Shown here one piece after another: positions 52,101 to 61,303 of a DNA stretch of 64,000 nucleotides; within the stretch, counting starts at the first letter, position 1, and every line of letters begins with the position of its first letter. The translations under genes were made by a program, and so were the position numbers. Source of the stretch: an uncultured Gemmatimonadales bacterium. GTDB lineage: Bacteria > Gemmatimonadota > Gemmatimonadetes > Gemmatimonadales > GWC2-71-9. Below the pieces are notes generated by a model. That model did no database searches and was not told the DNA's origin. It saw only the letters and a list, made by a program, of their open reading frames with translations. Location: positions 10,043 through 74,042 of the forward strand of contig CAWKMI010000009.1 of NCBI GenBank assembly GCA_963850655.1, given 5' to 3'.

Positions 52101-52596
52101 AGGCCAGACGATCGCGCTCCCGGCAGGCAGCTTCACCCGCGTCTACCTGCTCGCGGCTGCCGAAGGTGACCAGAAGGCGACATTCCGGGTTGGTGACATG
52201 CCCGTCGACCTCACCATCCAGGACTGGGGTGGTTACATCGGCCAATGGGACAACCGTCTCTGGACCTCCCGGGAGGAAGCCGTTCCGCCGCGCGCCGGTG
52301 CTGCCCCAGGGACACCGGTCCGCATGCGCACCGTCACCGAGTACGCCGGCCTGACGCCGGGCTTCGTGAAACACGCGCCGGTCGCGTGGTTTGCCTCGCA
52401 TCGTCACCTGAGCGACGGGAGCAACGATCCCTACGCGTATTCCTACCTGTTCGCGTATTCGATCGATATCCCTGCTGGTGCCACGACGCTCACGCTTCCC
52501 GTCAACGGCAGGATTCGTGTGCTGGCCGTGACGGTGTCCGATGAAGCCGCGGCGGTGCGGGCGGTGTCACCGCTCTATGACGCCCTGATGCGGTAG
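49192..52596 (+). CDS. Glycoside hydrolase family 38 alpha-mannosidase, exported
   Basis: Start at ATG 49192 (signal peptide MQRFPRLLAVVLLAQLAVPAGLIAQGA). VVPYAHLDTEWRW, SITSQTYLKRWNR and GQFHDIIPGTSI motifs resemble GH38. Confidence 0.75.
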   Translation: MQRFPRLLAVVLLAQLAVPAGLIAQGAQRTPPDLARQPTLYVVPYAHLDTEWRWDYPTTIREYLPATLRDNFALFEKYPNYVFNFSGANRYRMIKEYYPADYATMKEYIAAGRWFPSGSSMEENDVNSPSAESTMRQILYGTQYFRNEFGRTSAEYMLPDCFGFPASLPSILAHMGLKGFSTQKLSWNSAMGIPFNVGFWEGLDGKGVVAALNAMTYSGSVTQDISKSPPPPAEGQRSAPTDWPARIAEDAQKGGLMADYYYYGTGDVGGAPREASVALMEAIVTKGLGIIPAPPGPRTPGQPPAPVPTPAPVRVGDGPVHVVQGSAEQMFLDIKPDELPGLEHYQGDLLLTQHSAGSITSQTYLKRWNRQNEVLADAAERASVAAAWLGGRPYPMKRLNDAWTLVMGGQFHDIIPGTSIPKAYEYAWNDELLALNQFSGILTSATDAVSSLLNTQTKGAALVVFNPLNIAREDVVEADVAFAGGAPTSVRVTGPDGKEVPSQVTAAGKVLFLAKVPSSGYVVFDVQGAGAAGGKKAASALAVTASTLENARYRIKLDENGDVASLFDKSIKKELLAAPIRLAIKTDKPVDWPAWNMDWADQQKPPRAFVQGPAKIRVVEIGPARVAIEVVRETEGSVFAQTIRLSAGDAGNRVEFSNVVDWKTAEANLKATFPLTASNPLATYNWDIGTLQRSNDDEKKFEVPSHQWFDLTDKSGTFGVTVLQDSKNASDKPDDNTLRLTLMRTPGIGTGNGRSYADQSSQDWGHHEFVFGLAAHAGDWRQGQTDWQAWRLNQPLLAFETARHPGALGSSFSLFRLNTSRIRVLAVKRAEQSDEIVVRMVELDGKPAKGVSLAFAGPITSAREITGAEQPLGTATVTAGALVTDFTPYQIRSFALKLGSAPNALTPPRWQAVTLPYDRKVASNDHSVSGGQFDGSGRSLPAEMLPRDLPFKGIHFTLASPATFNAVVAQGQTIALPAGSFTRVYLLAAAEGDQKATFRVGDMPVDLTIQDWGGYIGQWDNRLWTSREEAVPPRAGAAPGTPVRMRTVTEYAGLTPGFVKHAPVAWFASHRHLSDGSNDPYAYSYLFAYSIDIPAGATTLTLPVNGRIRVLAVTVSDEAAAVRAVSPLYDALMR

Positions 52597-52632
52597 CGTC
52601 TTGCCAGGCGGGCCGCTGCTTCGGCGGCGGCT

Positions 52633-52672
52633 GACGGTGGCGTCCGGCTGATCGGATGCCACCGTCGCTTTT
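52633..52672 (+). terminator. Rho-independent terminator after the GH38 gene
   Basis: GACGGTGGCGTCC-loop-GGATGCCACCGTC (one G-U pair) followed by GCTTTT. Confidence 0.75.
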
Positions 52673-52721
52673 GGGGGACCCCCCCTCGTGGCTTCCCCGG
52701 GCTTGCCAGTAAACCGTCCGA

Positions 52722-52741
52722 TTGTTAACCTATCTTAACAA
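52722..52741. promoter_or_regulatory. Palindromic operator candidate TTGTTAA-N6-TTAACAA upstream of the DtxR-feo operon
   Basis: Perfect 7-bp inverted repeat in an AT-richer patch, 44 nt upstream of ATG 52785. Confidence 0.5.
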
Positions 52742-52784
52742 AGTTCAGGCCACCCCATTTCGTGCGATCGAACGAGAGCCAACC

Positions 52785-53336
52785 ATGGATGTCTGGAAGC
52801 GATTCGGTGAGAAGGAAGTGTCCCATTCGATGGCCCACTATCTCCAGGCCGTGGCGACGCTGAAGGCCGAGAAGGGGCATGCCCGCGTGGTCGATATCGC
52901 CGACCACCTTGGCGTCTCGAAGAGCGGCGTCACTTCGATGCTGCACTCGCTGCAGACCCGGGAGTTGGTGACCCACGAGCGCTACGGCAACGTCGAGCTG
53001 ACGGAGGCAGGCCAGCGCCTCGCGTCGCGCACGGAGTCGAGTCGCCGGGTCCTGACGCTCTTCCTCACCGAAATCCTCGGTGTCTCCGAAGCCGTTGCCA
53101 GCGAGGACGCTTGCATGATCGAGCACCTCGTGAGTCCCGAGGTGTCGGTCGAACTGCTTCGCCTGACCTCTTTCCTGCGGTCGCAGCACCCGGCCGCTAC
53201 CCAGTTCCGCGAGCACTACCGGGCCAGTCCGCGCTCGTGTGCCGAACACGAGCCGGGCGGATGCGACATGTGCGGGGCGACCTGCTTACGCGACTCGCTG
53301 GTCAGCGAGATCGGCCGGATCAAGTCACCGGCATGA
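52785..53336 (+). CDS. DtxR/MntR-family metal-dependent transcriptional repressor
   Basis: SHSMAHYLQAVATL...ARVVDIADHLGVSKSGVTSMLHSLQTRELV (wHTH). Metal-site-like residues. Start taken at ATG 52785. Confidence 0.8.
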   Translation: MDVWKRFGEKEVSHSMAHYLQAVATLKAEKGHARVVDIADHLGVSKSGVTSMLHSLQTRELVTHERYGNVELTEAGQRLASRTESSRRVLTLFLTEILGVSEAVASEDACMIEHLVSPEVSVELLRLTSFLRSQHPAATQFREHYRASPRSCAEHEPGGCDMCGATCLRDSLVSEIGRIKSPA

Positions 53337-53593
53337 ACCCGCCGGGGCAGGGCCGTGAACCCGCGAGTCGACCGCTCGACCGTCTTTCTCCGGGCGAGGG
53401 AGGCCGCATCGTGCATCTCGACGCCGAGCCCGGCATCAAGCGTCGCCTGATGGAACTGGGCCTGGTGCCCGGCACCGTCGTGGAGATGGTCCGGGCGGCG
53501 CCACTCGGCGATCCGATCGAGGTGGCCGTTCATGGAACTCACCTCTCGTTGCGTCGCTCGGAGGCCTGTCACATCCATGTTGCCTCGCGTTGA
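53333..53593 (+). CDS. feoA: Ferrous iron transport protein A
   Basis: The ATG overlaps the DtxR stop (ATGA). LSPGEGGRIVHLDAEPGIKRRLMELGLVPGTVVEMVRAAPLGDPIEV is a FeoA SH3-like domain. Confidence 0.85.
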   Translation: MNPPGQGREPASRPLDRLSPGEGGRIVHLDAEPGIKRRLMELGLVPGTVVEMVRAAPLGDPIEVAVHGTHLSLRRSEACHIHVASR

Positions 53594-55822
53594 GCCGGCG
53601 GTGAGCACCGCTGTTCCGGTACCCGACCAGTCACCCCAGCGAACCGTTCGCTGGGCGGCACCGCGACGCATTGCCATCCTGGGCAATCCGAACTCGGGGA
53701 AGTCGACGCTCTTCAACGCGCTGACCGGGTTGCGGCAGAAGGTCGGCAACTACCCCGGCGTCACGGTCGAGAAGAAGACGGGCACCTGCGGGCTCCCCTC
53801 GGGCGGGCGGGCCGAGCTGATTGACCTGCCGGGCAGCTACGGCTTGCATCCCGCCTCACCTGACGAGCGAATCGTGCGCGATGTCCTGCTCGGGCTGCAG
53901 GCCGACACGCCGCCGCCGGACCTCATCGTGTTCGTGGTCGACGCGACGAATCTCGATCGCCACCTGAACCTGGCGCTGCAGGTCATCGGACTGGGCCGGC
54001 CACTGGTGCTGGTGCTCAACATGATGGACTCGGCTCGTGAGCAGGGCATCCGGGTCGACTTCACGGCGCTGGAACGACTCCTTGGTGTGCCGGTGCTCGG
54101 CACCGCGGCTTCGAAGGGGGAGGGGCTTGATGCGTTGCGTCGGCTGATGGAACGGGAGATCGAGCCCTCCACCCAGCACTTTCGCCAGCGTCCGGCGCAC
54201 CTGCAGCGCGTGCTCGACCGGCTCGAGGCGCGACTGCCGCGTCACGAGAAGCTGCCCGAGCGGGCGCGCCACGACTTCGCGCATGCGCTCCTGCTCGACG
54301 ATGGCGAGGATGACGTCCTCGCGCGCGCCATCGCGCCGGCGGTTCTCGACGATGCGCACACCCTGGCCCGGCGGCTCGACCAGTTCTCGCCCGACTGGCG
54401 TTCCGACGACGTCGAAGGGCGCTTCGAGACCATCCGCGAGATTCTCGATGCCGCGGTCGTGGCGCCCGGTGAGCACCTCGACAAGCGCCGCGACTCGATC
54501 GACCGCGTGCTCACCCACCGCATCTGGGGGCCGGTGCTCTTCGTCCTGCTCATGGGCGCGGTGTTCCAGTCGGTGTTCGCGTGGGCGCAACCGATCATGG
54601 ACCTGATCGACGCGCTGGTCGGCACGTTCGGGCACGCGCTCGAGACGCGTCATGCCGCCGGGCCCGCTTCGCTCCCTCGTGGTTGATGGCGTCGTTGCCG
54701 GCGTGGGGACGACCCTCACCTTCGTGCCCCAGATCGCCATCCTCTTCTTCTTCCTTGGGGTGCTCGAGGACACCGGCTACATGTCGCGCGCGGCGTTCAT
54801 CATGGATCGCATCATGGGCCGCGTCGGGCTTTCGGGCCGCGCGTTCATCCCCCTGCTCTCCTCGTTCGCCTGCGCGATTCCCGGCATCATGGCCACGCGC
54901 ACCATCGACAACCGCCGCGATCGCATCACCACCATCGTCATCGCCCCGTTCATGTCGTGCAGCGCGCGGCTGCCGGTGTACGCGCTGCTGATCGGCGCGT
55001 TCATCCCCAATGTCTGGGTCGGCTTCATCACGCTGCCGGGCATCATGCTCTTCTCGATGTACTTTCTCGGCATCCTGGCGGCCATCGTCGTGGCGTCGGT
55101 GCTCAAGCGCACCGTGCTGAGCGGTGGCCGTCCGCTCTACGTGATGGAGTTGCCGCCCTACCGGATGCCTTCCTGGGGCTCGATCCTGCTCACCGTGCGC
55201 GAACGCTCGTGGCTCTTCATCAAGAACGCGGGCACGGTGATCCTCGCGATCACGGTCGTGCTCTGGTTCCTGGCGTCGTACCCGCGCGGGGGCGGCGAGG
55301 TACCGGCGCTCGAAGCCCAGCGCGCCGTGGCGGTTGCCGCCGGCGACGCTCCCGCAGGCCAGGCTGCTGGATGGCCGTATTGCGGGGATGTCGCTGCGAA
55401 CACTCGTTCGCCGGCCGCGTCGGCCACTTCATCGAGCCCGCGATCGCGCCCGCTCGGATTCGACTGGCGCATCGGTGTCGCGCTGATCACGTCGTTCGCC
55501 GCGCGCGAGGTGATGATTTCGACCATGGCCACCATGTTCAACCTCGGCAACGCGAACGACGACGTCGTCCCGCTGCGGCAGAGCCTTCGCGACGCCACTG
55601 ACCCGCACACCGGCCTGAGGGCGTACACGCCGCTCACGGCGCTGAGCCTGATGGTGTTCTTCGTGCTCGCCTGCCAGTGCATGTCCACGGTTGCCATCGT
55701 GCACCGCGAGACCAACTCGTGGCGCTGGCCGCATCTTCATGCTGGTGATGATGAACCTGATGGCGTGGCTGGCGTCGTTTGGCGTCTACCAGGGCGGCAG
55801 GATGCTGGGGTTCGGAGCATGA
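53577..55822 (+). pseudogene. feoB: Ferrous iron transporter FeoB, interrupted as sequenced by about five +1 frame shifts
   Basis: G-domain AILGNPNSGKSTLFNALTG and DLPGSYGL in frame 0. Membrane domain in frame 1 from about 54650. Conserved ...SLEHSFAGRVGHFIEPAIAP|LGFDWRIG is recovered only by stepping through frames at about 55358, 55397 and 55452. The true C-terminus IFMLVMMNLMAWLASFGVYQGGRMLGFGA* is in frame 2 from about 55730. Confidence 0.85.
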
Positions 55823-56043
55823 GCAGCGAACTGGTCCAGAACGCGCTTGTCGCCCTCATCGTGCTCGCCGCCGCGGGCTTTCTGGTGTGGCGGCGCGTGC
55901 GGGCGCGGCGGAAGCCGACGCCCTTCTGCGGCGACTGCCCGCGCTGCGCGACGGGTCACGCCGAATCGGCGGGGCCGGCGCTCGTGAACATCGCCAGGGC
56001 GCGGGCGGACCAGTCTACCGGCGTTCCGGGCCCGGACGCCTAG
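55819..56043 (+). CDS. FeoB-associated Cys-rich small membrane protein
   Basis: The ATG overlaps the reconstructed feoB stop (ATGA). MSSELVQNALVALIVLAAAGFLVWRRVRARRKPTPFCGDCPRCA has a single TM helix plus a CxxCxxC cluster. Confidence 0.7.
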   Translation: MSSELVQNALVALIVLAAAGFLVWRRVRARRKPTPFCGDCPRCATGHAESAGPALVNIARARADQSTGVPGPDA

Positions 56044-59000
56044 CGGCCGCTGCCTTCACCCCCATCCGTGCCAGCATCCGCTCGAGGCGCTCGAGCTGGG
56101 TGATGGTCACCGTGATGGCCCCGAACTCCTCCTCGACCTTGCCGCGGAAGATGAACGGTCCCTGGTCGAAGAGGACGTGGGAGCGCTCGCGGTAGACGTC
56201 GGGGAAGAGGACGCACTCGACCAGTCCTTCGCCATCGTCGAAGGTGGCGAATTGCATCGGTTCGTCGTTGGCGGTGTGGATCGGCTTGCCGGTGGTGTAC
56301 ATCCCGGCCATCAGGACACTGCGGCCGACATGTTCGGGCAGCCGCGCGCTCGGCACCAGCCGGAAGCGGCGCAGTGCCTCGGCATGGAGCGCCATCGGGT
56401 GCGCGTCAAGGCAGAAGGAGAGCAGGGCCCAGGCATCCTGTCGTTTGCGCTCGGGGGAGTAGTCGCGGAGCAGGGGAACGGCATGCGCCGCCGTGACTGG
56501 CAGCCTCTCATCCTCACCCGAGATTCCTCGCTTCGCTCGGGATGACACCTCTGAGTCGATGCTCCAGAGCAGCTGGGGACGGTTCAGCTTCCCGGCGATC
56601 GCGTCACCGGCCCCCACCTTCACGAGCAGGCGGAGATCATCAGTGGCGAGTGCGGTGCGCGCCCGCAGGTTCGCCAGGGACTGATAGGGCCCGCCCCGGC
56701 TGCGCTCGGCGAGCAGGCGTTCTGCGCCGCCGGCCGAGAGTCCCTTGATGAACTGCAGCCCGACCCGCAGCTCGTGCCCGGCGCCGGTGCAGCGCCACTC
56801 GCTGGCGTTGACGTCGGGTGAGAGGATGGTCACGCCCATCCGGCGCGCCTCGGCGACGTAGGCAAACGGGTGGTAGAAACCGCCGCCATTGGCCAGCACG
56901 GCGGCGATGAACTCAGCCGGATAGTTGGCGCGGAGATAGGCGCTCTGTTGTGCCACCTGGATGTAACTGCATGAGTGGCCCTTGCAGAACGAATAGCCGG
57001 CAAATGAGCTGACCATCTGCCACACCGTCTCGATGCTCGCGTCGCTGCGACCGAGCGCGCGGGCTCCCGCCACGAACTCCTCGAGGTAGGCCACCAGGTG
57101 CTTCTCGGGGCGCTTCTTGGAGAGTGCCTTGCGCAGCCCGTCGGCGGCCGACCAGGAAAAGCCGGCAAAGGCGTGCGACACCGTGACCACATCCTCCTGG
57201 TACACCATCACGCCGAACGTCTCGGCGAGGACTTCGCTCAGGCACGGATGCAACGGCTCGTACGGGGTGCCATGCAGCCGTTCGAGATAGCTGCGGATGA
57301 AGCGATTCGACGCCGGGCGGATGATGCTGGTGTTGAGCACCAGCAACTCGAAGGTGTCGGCCTTCGACTTGAGGTTGAGCTGCCGGGAGGCCGGCGACTC
57401 GGTGTAGAAGACGCCGAGCGTCTCGCCGGTGCGGAAGGCGCGGCGGGTGGCCGGATCGTCGCCTGCCTCTGACGAGGTGTAGTCGAGTTGGACCCCGGTG
57501 TTGACGCGCACCATGGCGATCGCGTCGCGGATCACGGCGAGCGAGCGGTTGCCGAGCAGGTCGATCTTCACGAGGCCGGCATCTTCGGCGCCGTCCTTCT
57601 CGAACTGGATCACCGGCACCGTGAGGTCCGGTGCGCCGTCGAGCTGCTTGGCCGCGCGCTCGATCGGCACCACGTCGGTGAGCGAGGTGGGGACGATCAC
57701 CACCCCGCCCGGATGCAGCGAGAGATGGCGCGGCGTCCCGACCAGCGTCTCGGCGATGACGGCAAGGTCCTGCCACACCTTCGAGCAGCTTGAGGGCACG
57801 GAAGTTGGGGTGCGTGGCGAACAGTTCGCGGGCCGAGCCCTCGCTGCCGTACATCGGCACCCGGCGGGTGACCTCGCGGATCTCGGCGGCGGGGCGGCCG
57901 TGCACCTTGGCCACCTCGCGCAGGGCGCCCGCGAGGCGCAGGCAGTTGTGGTTGCTCACCATCGCCGCGCGCGGTTTGGGGTACTTGCGAAAGACCCACG
58001 CGAGAATCCGGTCGCGCTCGTCCCACGGAAAATCGAGGTCGATATCGGGCGGGTCCTTGCGCGCCGGGTTGAGGAAGCGCTCGAAGAGCAGGTTGGCGCC
58101 CAGCGGTTCGACGTGGGTGATGCCGAGGCAGTAGGAGACGATCGAATTGGCGACGGAGCCGCGGCCGCAGTGCGTGGGGCCGTGCTGCACGATGTCGTGC
58201 ACCACGAGGAAGTAGTCGGCGAAGTGCTTGAGGGCAATGATCTCCAGTTCGTGCTCGAGCCGGTCGCGGGTGACCGGGGCGATGGTGCCGTAGCGGCGCA
58301 CCGCGCCGTCGTACGCGAGGGTGCGCAGCCGGCCGATCGCATCGCTGGTGTCCGCAGCGCGGGGCGCGATGATCCGCCCCATCGGGATGCGATACCGGCA
58401 CCGCTCGGCGATGTCGTGTGCGGCGGTGAAGGCCTCGGGCACATCGGGGAAGTGACGCTCGACATCGGGTGCGGGACGAAGCCAGGCCTCGCGCGGCCAG
58501 GCATCATCCACTTCCGACAGGGTGATGTTGCGGTGAATGGCGCGCAGCAGCCAGTGCCGGTTCCAGTCATCCGCGTGCGCGGCAATGACGCCGCCGGTCA
58601 CGACCGAGGGAATGCCAAGGCGCCGTGCCGCCGCGAGGGTGGCATGACGTCCCGGGCCCGGGCGCAATTCGGCATGGAGCCCGGCCGGGCCGCTGGCGCG
58701 CACCAACTGTTCGAGCAGCACCACATCGCGACTCATCACGACCAGCCCGTCGCGATCCGCGGCGAGGTGTGCCACAAGGTCAAGGTCATCGTGCCAGTGG
58801 ATCGCCGTGGCAGCGCGGCAGAGCGCGCCCCAGCCGTGATCGTCCTCGGCCAGCACCACCGCTTCGTGCCCGCCGGCCACGAGGTGACAGCCGAGAATCG
58901 GGCGCACGCCTGCTGCATCACAGGCGCGCTGGAACTCGATCGCGCCGTAGACGCCGTTGGTGTCGGTCATGGCGATGGCAGGAATGCCGCGCCGTGCCGC

Positions 59001-59078
59001 GGCCTGCGCCAGCGCCTCGGGCGAGGAGGTGCCGCTGCCGAAGGAGAACCAGGTGTGGACGTGCAGATGAGGGAACAT
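56015..59078 (-). pseudogene. dnaE2: Error-prone DNA polymerase III alpha homologue DnaE2, interrupted as sequenced by one +1 frame shift
   Basis: ATG 59078: MFPHLHVHTWFSFGSGTSSPE (PHP domain) and following sequence in one frame to ...HPNFRALKLLE, then VWQDLAVIAETLVGTPRHLSLHPGGVVI... in ORF 56015..57799. Junction at about 57780-57790. Length is 3n+1. Confidence 0.85.
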
Positions 59079-59087
59079 GATGGACTC

Positions 59088-59188
59088 GAGAAGCGAGAGA
59101 GGAGAGACGAGAACAACGTCAATCGCCCCGCGCCTATGTAGTATTATCCCGAGCTCTTTTCGTCTCTCGTCTCTCGTCTCTCGGTTCT
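59088..59188. repeat. Inverted heptamer arrays (GAGAAGC GAGAGAG GAGAGAC GAGAACA ... CGTCTCT x3 CGGTTCT) bracketing the dnaE2/qor divergent promoter
   Basis: Read directly from the sequence. Arms at 59088-59115 and 59161-59188. The 45-nt spacer contains the AT-rich CTATGTAGTATTATCC. Confidence 0.85.
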
Positions 59189-59190
59189 TC

Positions 59191-60150
59191 ATGCGCGCCA
59201 TCACCCATCCAGCCCCCGACATCATTGAGTTCGCCGACCGTCCCGATCCGGTGCCCGGCGAGCACCAGGTTCTCGTCGCCGTCAAGGCCGCCGGCCTCAA
59301 TCGCGCCGACCTGCTGCAACGCACCGGCAAGTATCCGGCACCGCCGGGATGGCCGGCGGACATTCCCGGGCTGGAATACGCCGGCGAGGTGCGGCAACTC
59401 GGGGTGGGCGTGGCACGCTGGCGCACGGGCGACCGGGTCATGGGGTTGGTGGGGGGTGGTGCGCACGCCGAACTGGTGGTGGTGCATCAGGACGAGACGA
59501 TGGCGATGCCCGCCGGGATGTCGTTCGCCGATGCCGCGGCGATTCCCGAGGCGTTCCTCACGGCATGGGACGCGCTGGTGCTGCGCGGCCGCGCCCAGCA
59601 TGGCGACCGGGTGCTGGTGCATGCCATCGGCAGCGGTGTGGGGACGGCGGTCGCACAGCTTGGCCGATTGCTCGGCTTGACGATCGTCGGGACGTCGCGC
59701 ACGCCCGAGAAGCTCGAGCGGTGCCGGGCGCTCGGCATGGCCCACGGCGTGTTGACCAGCGACGCCGACTGGCCCGCGCACGTCGGCGTGCCGATGCAGG
59801 TGATCGTCGATACGCTCGGTGCGCAGGCGCTGGCACAGAACCTCGGGCTGTTGAGCGTGCGCGGCCGGTTGGTCGTGCTCGGCACGATGACCGGTGGCCG
59901 TGCTCCGGGGCTCGACCTTTCGCTGGTGCTGCGGAAACGGTTGGAAATCATCGGCACGGCGATGCGCGGCCGGCCACTGCCCGAGCGCACCGAGCTGGTG
60001 GCGCGCTTCGTGGCGGAGGTGCTGCCGCACTTCGCTACCGGCGCGCTGGTGCCGGTGGTCGATCAGGTGATGCCGATGACGGCAATCAACGAAGCGCATC
60101 GATTGCTTGGCGCGAACGCCACGTTCGGGAAGGTGATCCTGGTCTGGTAG
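59191..60150 (+). CDS. NAD(P)H:quinone oxidoreductase (zinc-independent MDR, PIG3/Qor-like)
   Basis: Start at ATG 59191. VKAAGLNRADLLQRTGKYP, GLEYAGEV and cofactor motif HAIGSGVGTAV. Confidence 0.8.
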   Translation: MRAITHPAPDIIEFADRPDPVPGEHQVLVAVKAAGLNRADLLQRTGKYPAPPGWPADIPGLEYAGEVRQLGVGVARWRTGDRVMGLVGGGAHAELVVVHQDETMAMPAGMSFADAAAIPEAFLTAWDALVLRGRAQHGDRVLVHAIGSGVGTAVAQLGRLLGLTIVGTSRTPEKLERCRALGMAHGVLTSDADWPAHVGVPMQVIVDTLGAQALAQNLGLLSVRGRLVVLGTMTGGRAPGLDLSLVLRKRLEIIGTAMRGRPLPERTELVARFVAEVLPHFATGALVPVVDQVMPMTAINEAHRLLGANATFGKVILVW

Positions 60151-61294
60151 AAGCGTTGTTCGTCATCACGCTCCGCATGCCATCAATCGCGCGTTGCAGT
60201 GCGACGGCCTCCGGTCGTGCCTCGGCGATCGGATCGGGCCAGAGCTCGAGCTGGCCGCCGCCGTCGTTCAAGTCACTGGCGATGATGGTGATGCTGCGCA
60301 CGGCAATGCGCCGCACCAGCGCCTGATCGAGGGCGCGGCAGGCGGCGCGCCAGAGATCGGCATCGAGGGCGTACAGCGGCAGGCGCACGGCGCGCTCGGC
60401 CGTGGCATCGTCGGCGTGACGCACCGTGACCACCAGGCGTCCGGCCGACAGCGACCGGGCGCGCAGCCGGCGACCGAGCCGTTCGGTGAGTGGCCGCAAC
60501 AGCGCATGCAGTGCGCCGCGGTCATTGGTGTCGGTGGCGAGGGTATGCGCCACGCGACACTCGGCGCGCACTTCGGGGGAGAGCACCGGGCGCGGGTCGA
60601 TGCCGCGGGTATGGGCGTAGAGCTGTCGCCCCTCGAAACCAAAGACCACACGGAGCGGCTGTTCGCCAACGGCGGCCACCTCGCCGATCCGCTCGAGGTG
60701 ATAGTCGTCGAGCCGCTCGCGCACCCGGTCGGGCACTTCCGGCAGCAGCGCCACCAGCTCGGGGGCCAGGAACGCGGCCTCCATCCCCGCCAGCACCGAC
60801 TGCACCTCCGCTCCGACCTCGCGCTTGATGATCGTCGCGGCCGTCTCGCTCACCAGCTTGCTGGTGGCGACCCCTACCGCGAGAGGAAGGCCCAGCCTCG
60901 AGAACGCCTCCTGCTCCAGAAGCCGGGCGACTTCCACCGCCGGACCGAAGAGCCGTTCGGTGCCGCTGATATCGAGGTAGGCATGCCCCCAACCGCGCGG
61001 TTCGATCACCGGGGCCACCCGGGCAAAGATCTCGTGGAGGGCGCGATGGGCCTGGGCATAGCGCCGCGGGTCGGGGGGAAGGACGATCACGTCCGGGCAG
61101 ACGCGGCGGGCCAGGGCGACCGCCATTCCCCGGGCGAGGCCCGCGGCCCGGGCCTCGGCGCTTACGGCGAGAAGGACAGCCCGGTCGGCGCCGGGGGGCG
61201 AGACCACCACCGGTCGCAAGCGGAGCCGGGGGTCGTCCAGCGCGGCGATGGTGGTGCAGAAGGCGGGCGGGTCGATGAAGAGTATGGTACGCAT
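60086..61294 (-). CDS. imuB: ImuB-like Y-family polymerase homologue lacking catalytic acidic residues
   Basis: MRTILFIDPPAFCTTIAAL... aligns by eye to the DinB N-terminus, but DMDAF is replaced by DPPAF and DEAYLD by GHAYLD. The 3' end overlaps the convergent qor by 65 nt. Confidence 0.65.
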   Translation of the reverse strand: MRTILFIDPPAFCTTIAALDDPRLRLRPVVVSPPGADRAVLLAVSAEARAAGLARGMAVALARRVCPDVIVLPPDPRRYAQAHRALHEIFARVAPVIEPRGWGHAYLDISGTERLFGPAVEVARLLEQEAFSRLGLPLAVGVATSKLVSETAATIIKREVGAEVQSVLAGMEAAFLAPELVALLPEVPDRVRERLDDYHLERIGEVAAVGEQPLRVVFGFEGRQLYAHTRGIDPRPVLSPEVRAECRVAHTLATDTNDRGALHALLRPLTERLGRRLRARSLSAGRLVVTVRHADDATAERAVRLPLYALDADLWRAACRALDQALVRRIAVRSITIIASDLNDGGGQLELWPDPIAEARPEAVALQRAIDGMRSVMTNNASTRPGSPSRTWRSRQAIDALR

Positions 61295-61303
61295 CGGAAA
61301 ACC

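Noticed and set aside
59108-59125. GAAC-containing sequence (acgaGAACaacgtcaATCG) as a LexA box for dnaE2
   Set aside because: The second half-site does not match GAAC or GTTC at either Cheo-box (N4) or direct-repeat (N7) spacing.
59079-59441. Upstream extension of the dnaE2 ORF (56913..59441)
   Set aside because: The conserved PHP-domain N-terminus starts at MFPHLHVHTWFSF (ATG 59078). The extension crosses the intergenic heptamer arrays and the qor start. Likewise, the part of this ORF downstream of about 57780 is out-of-frame garbage.
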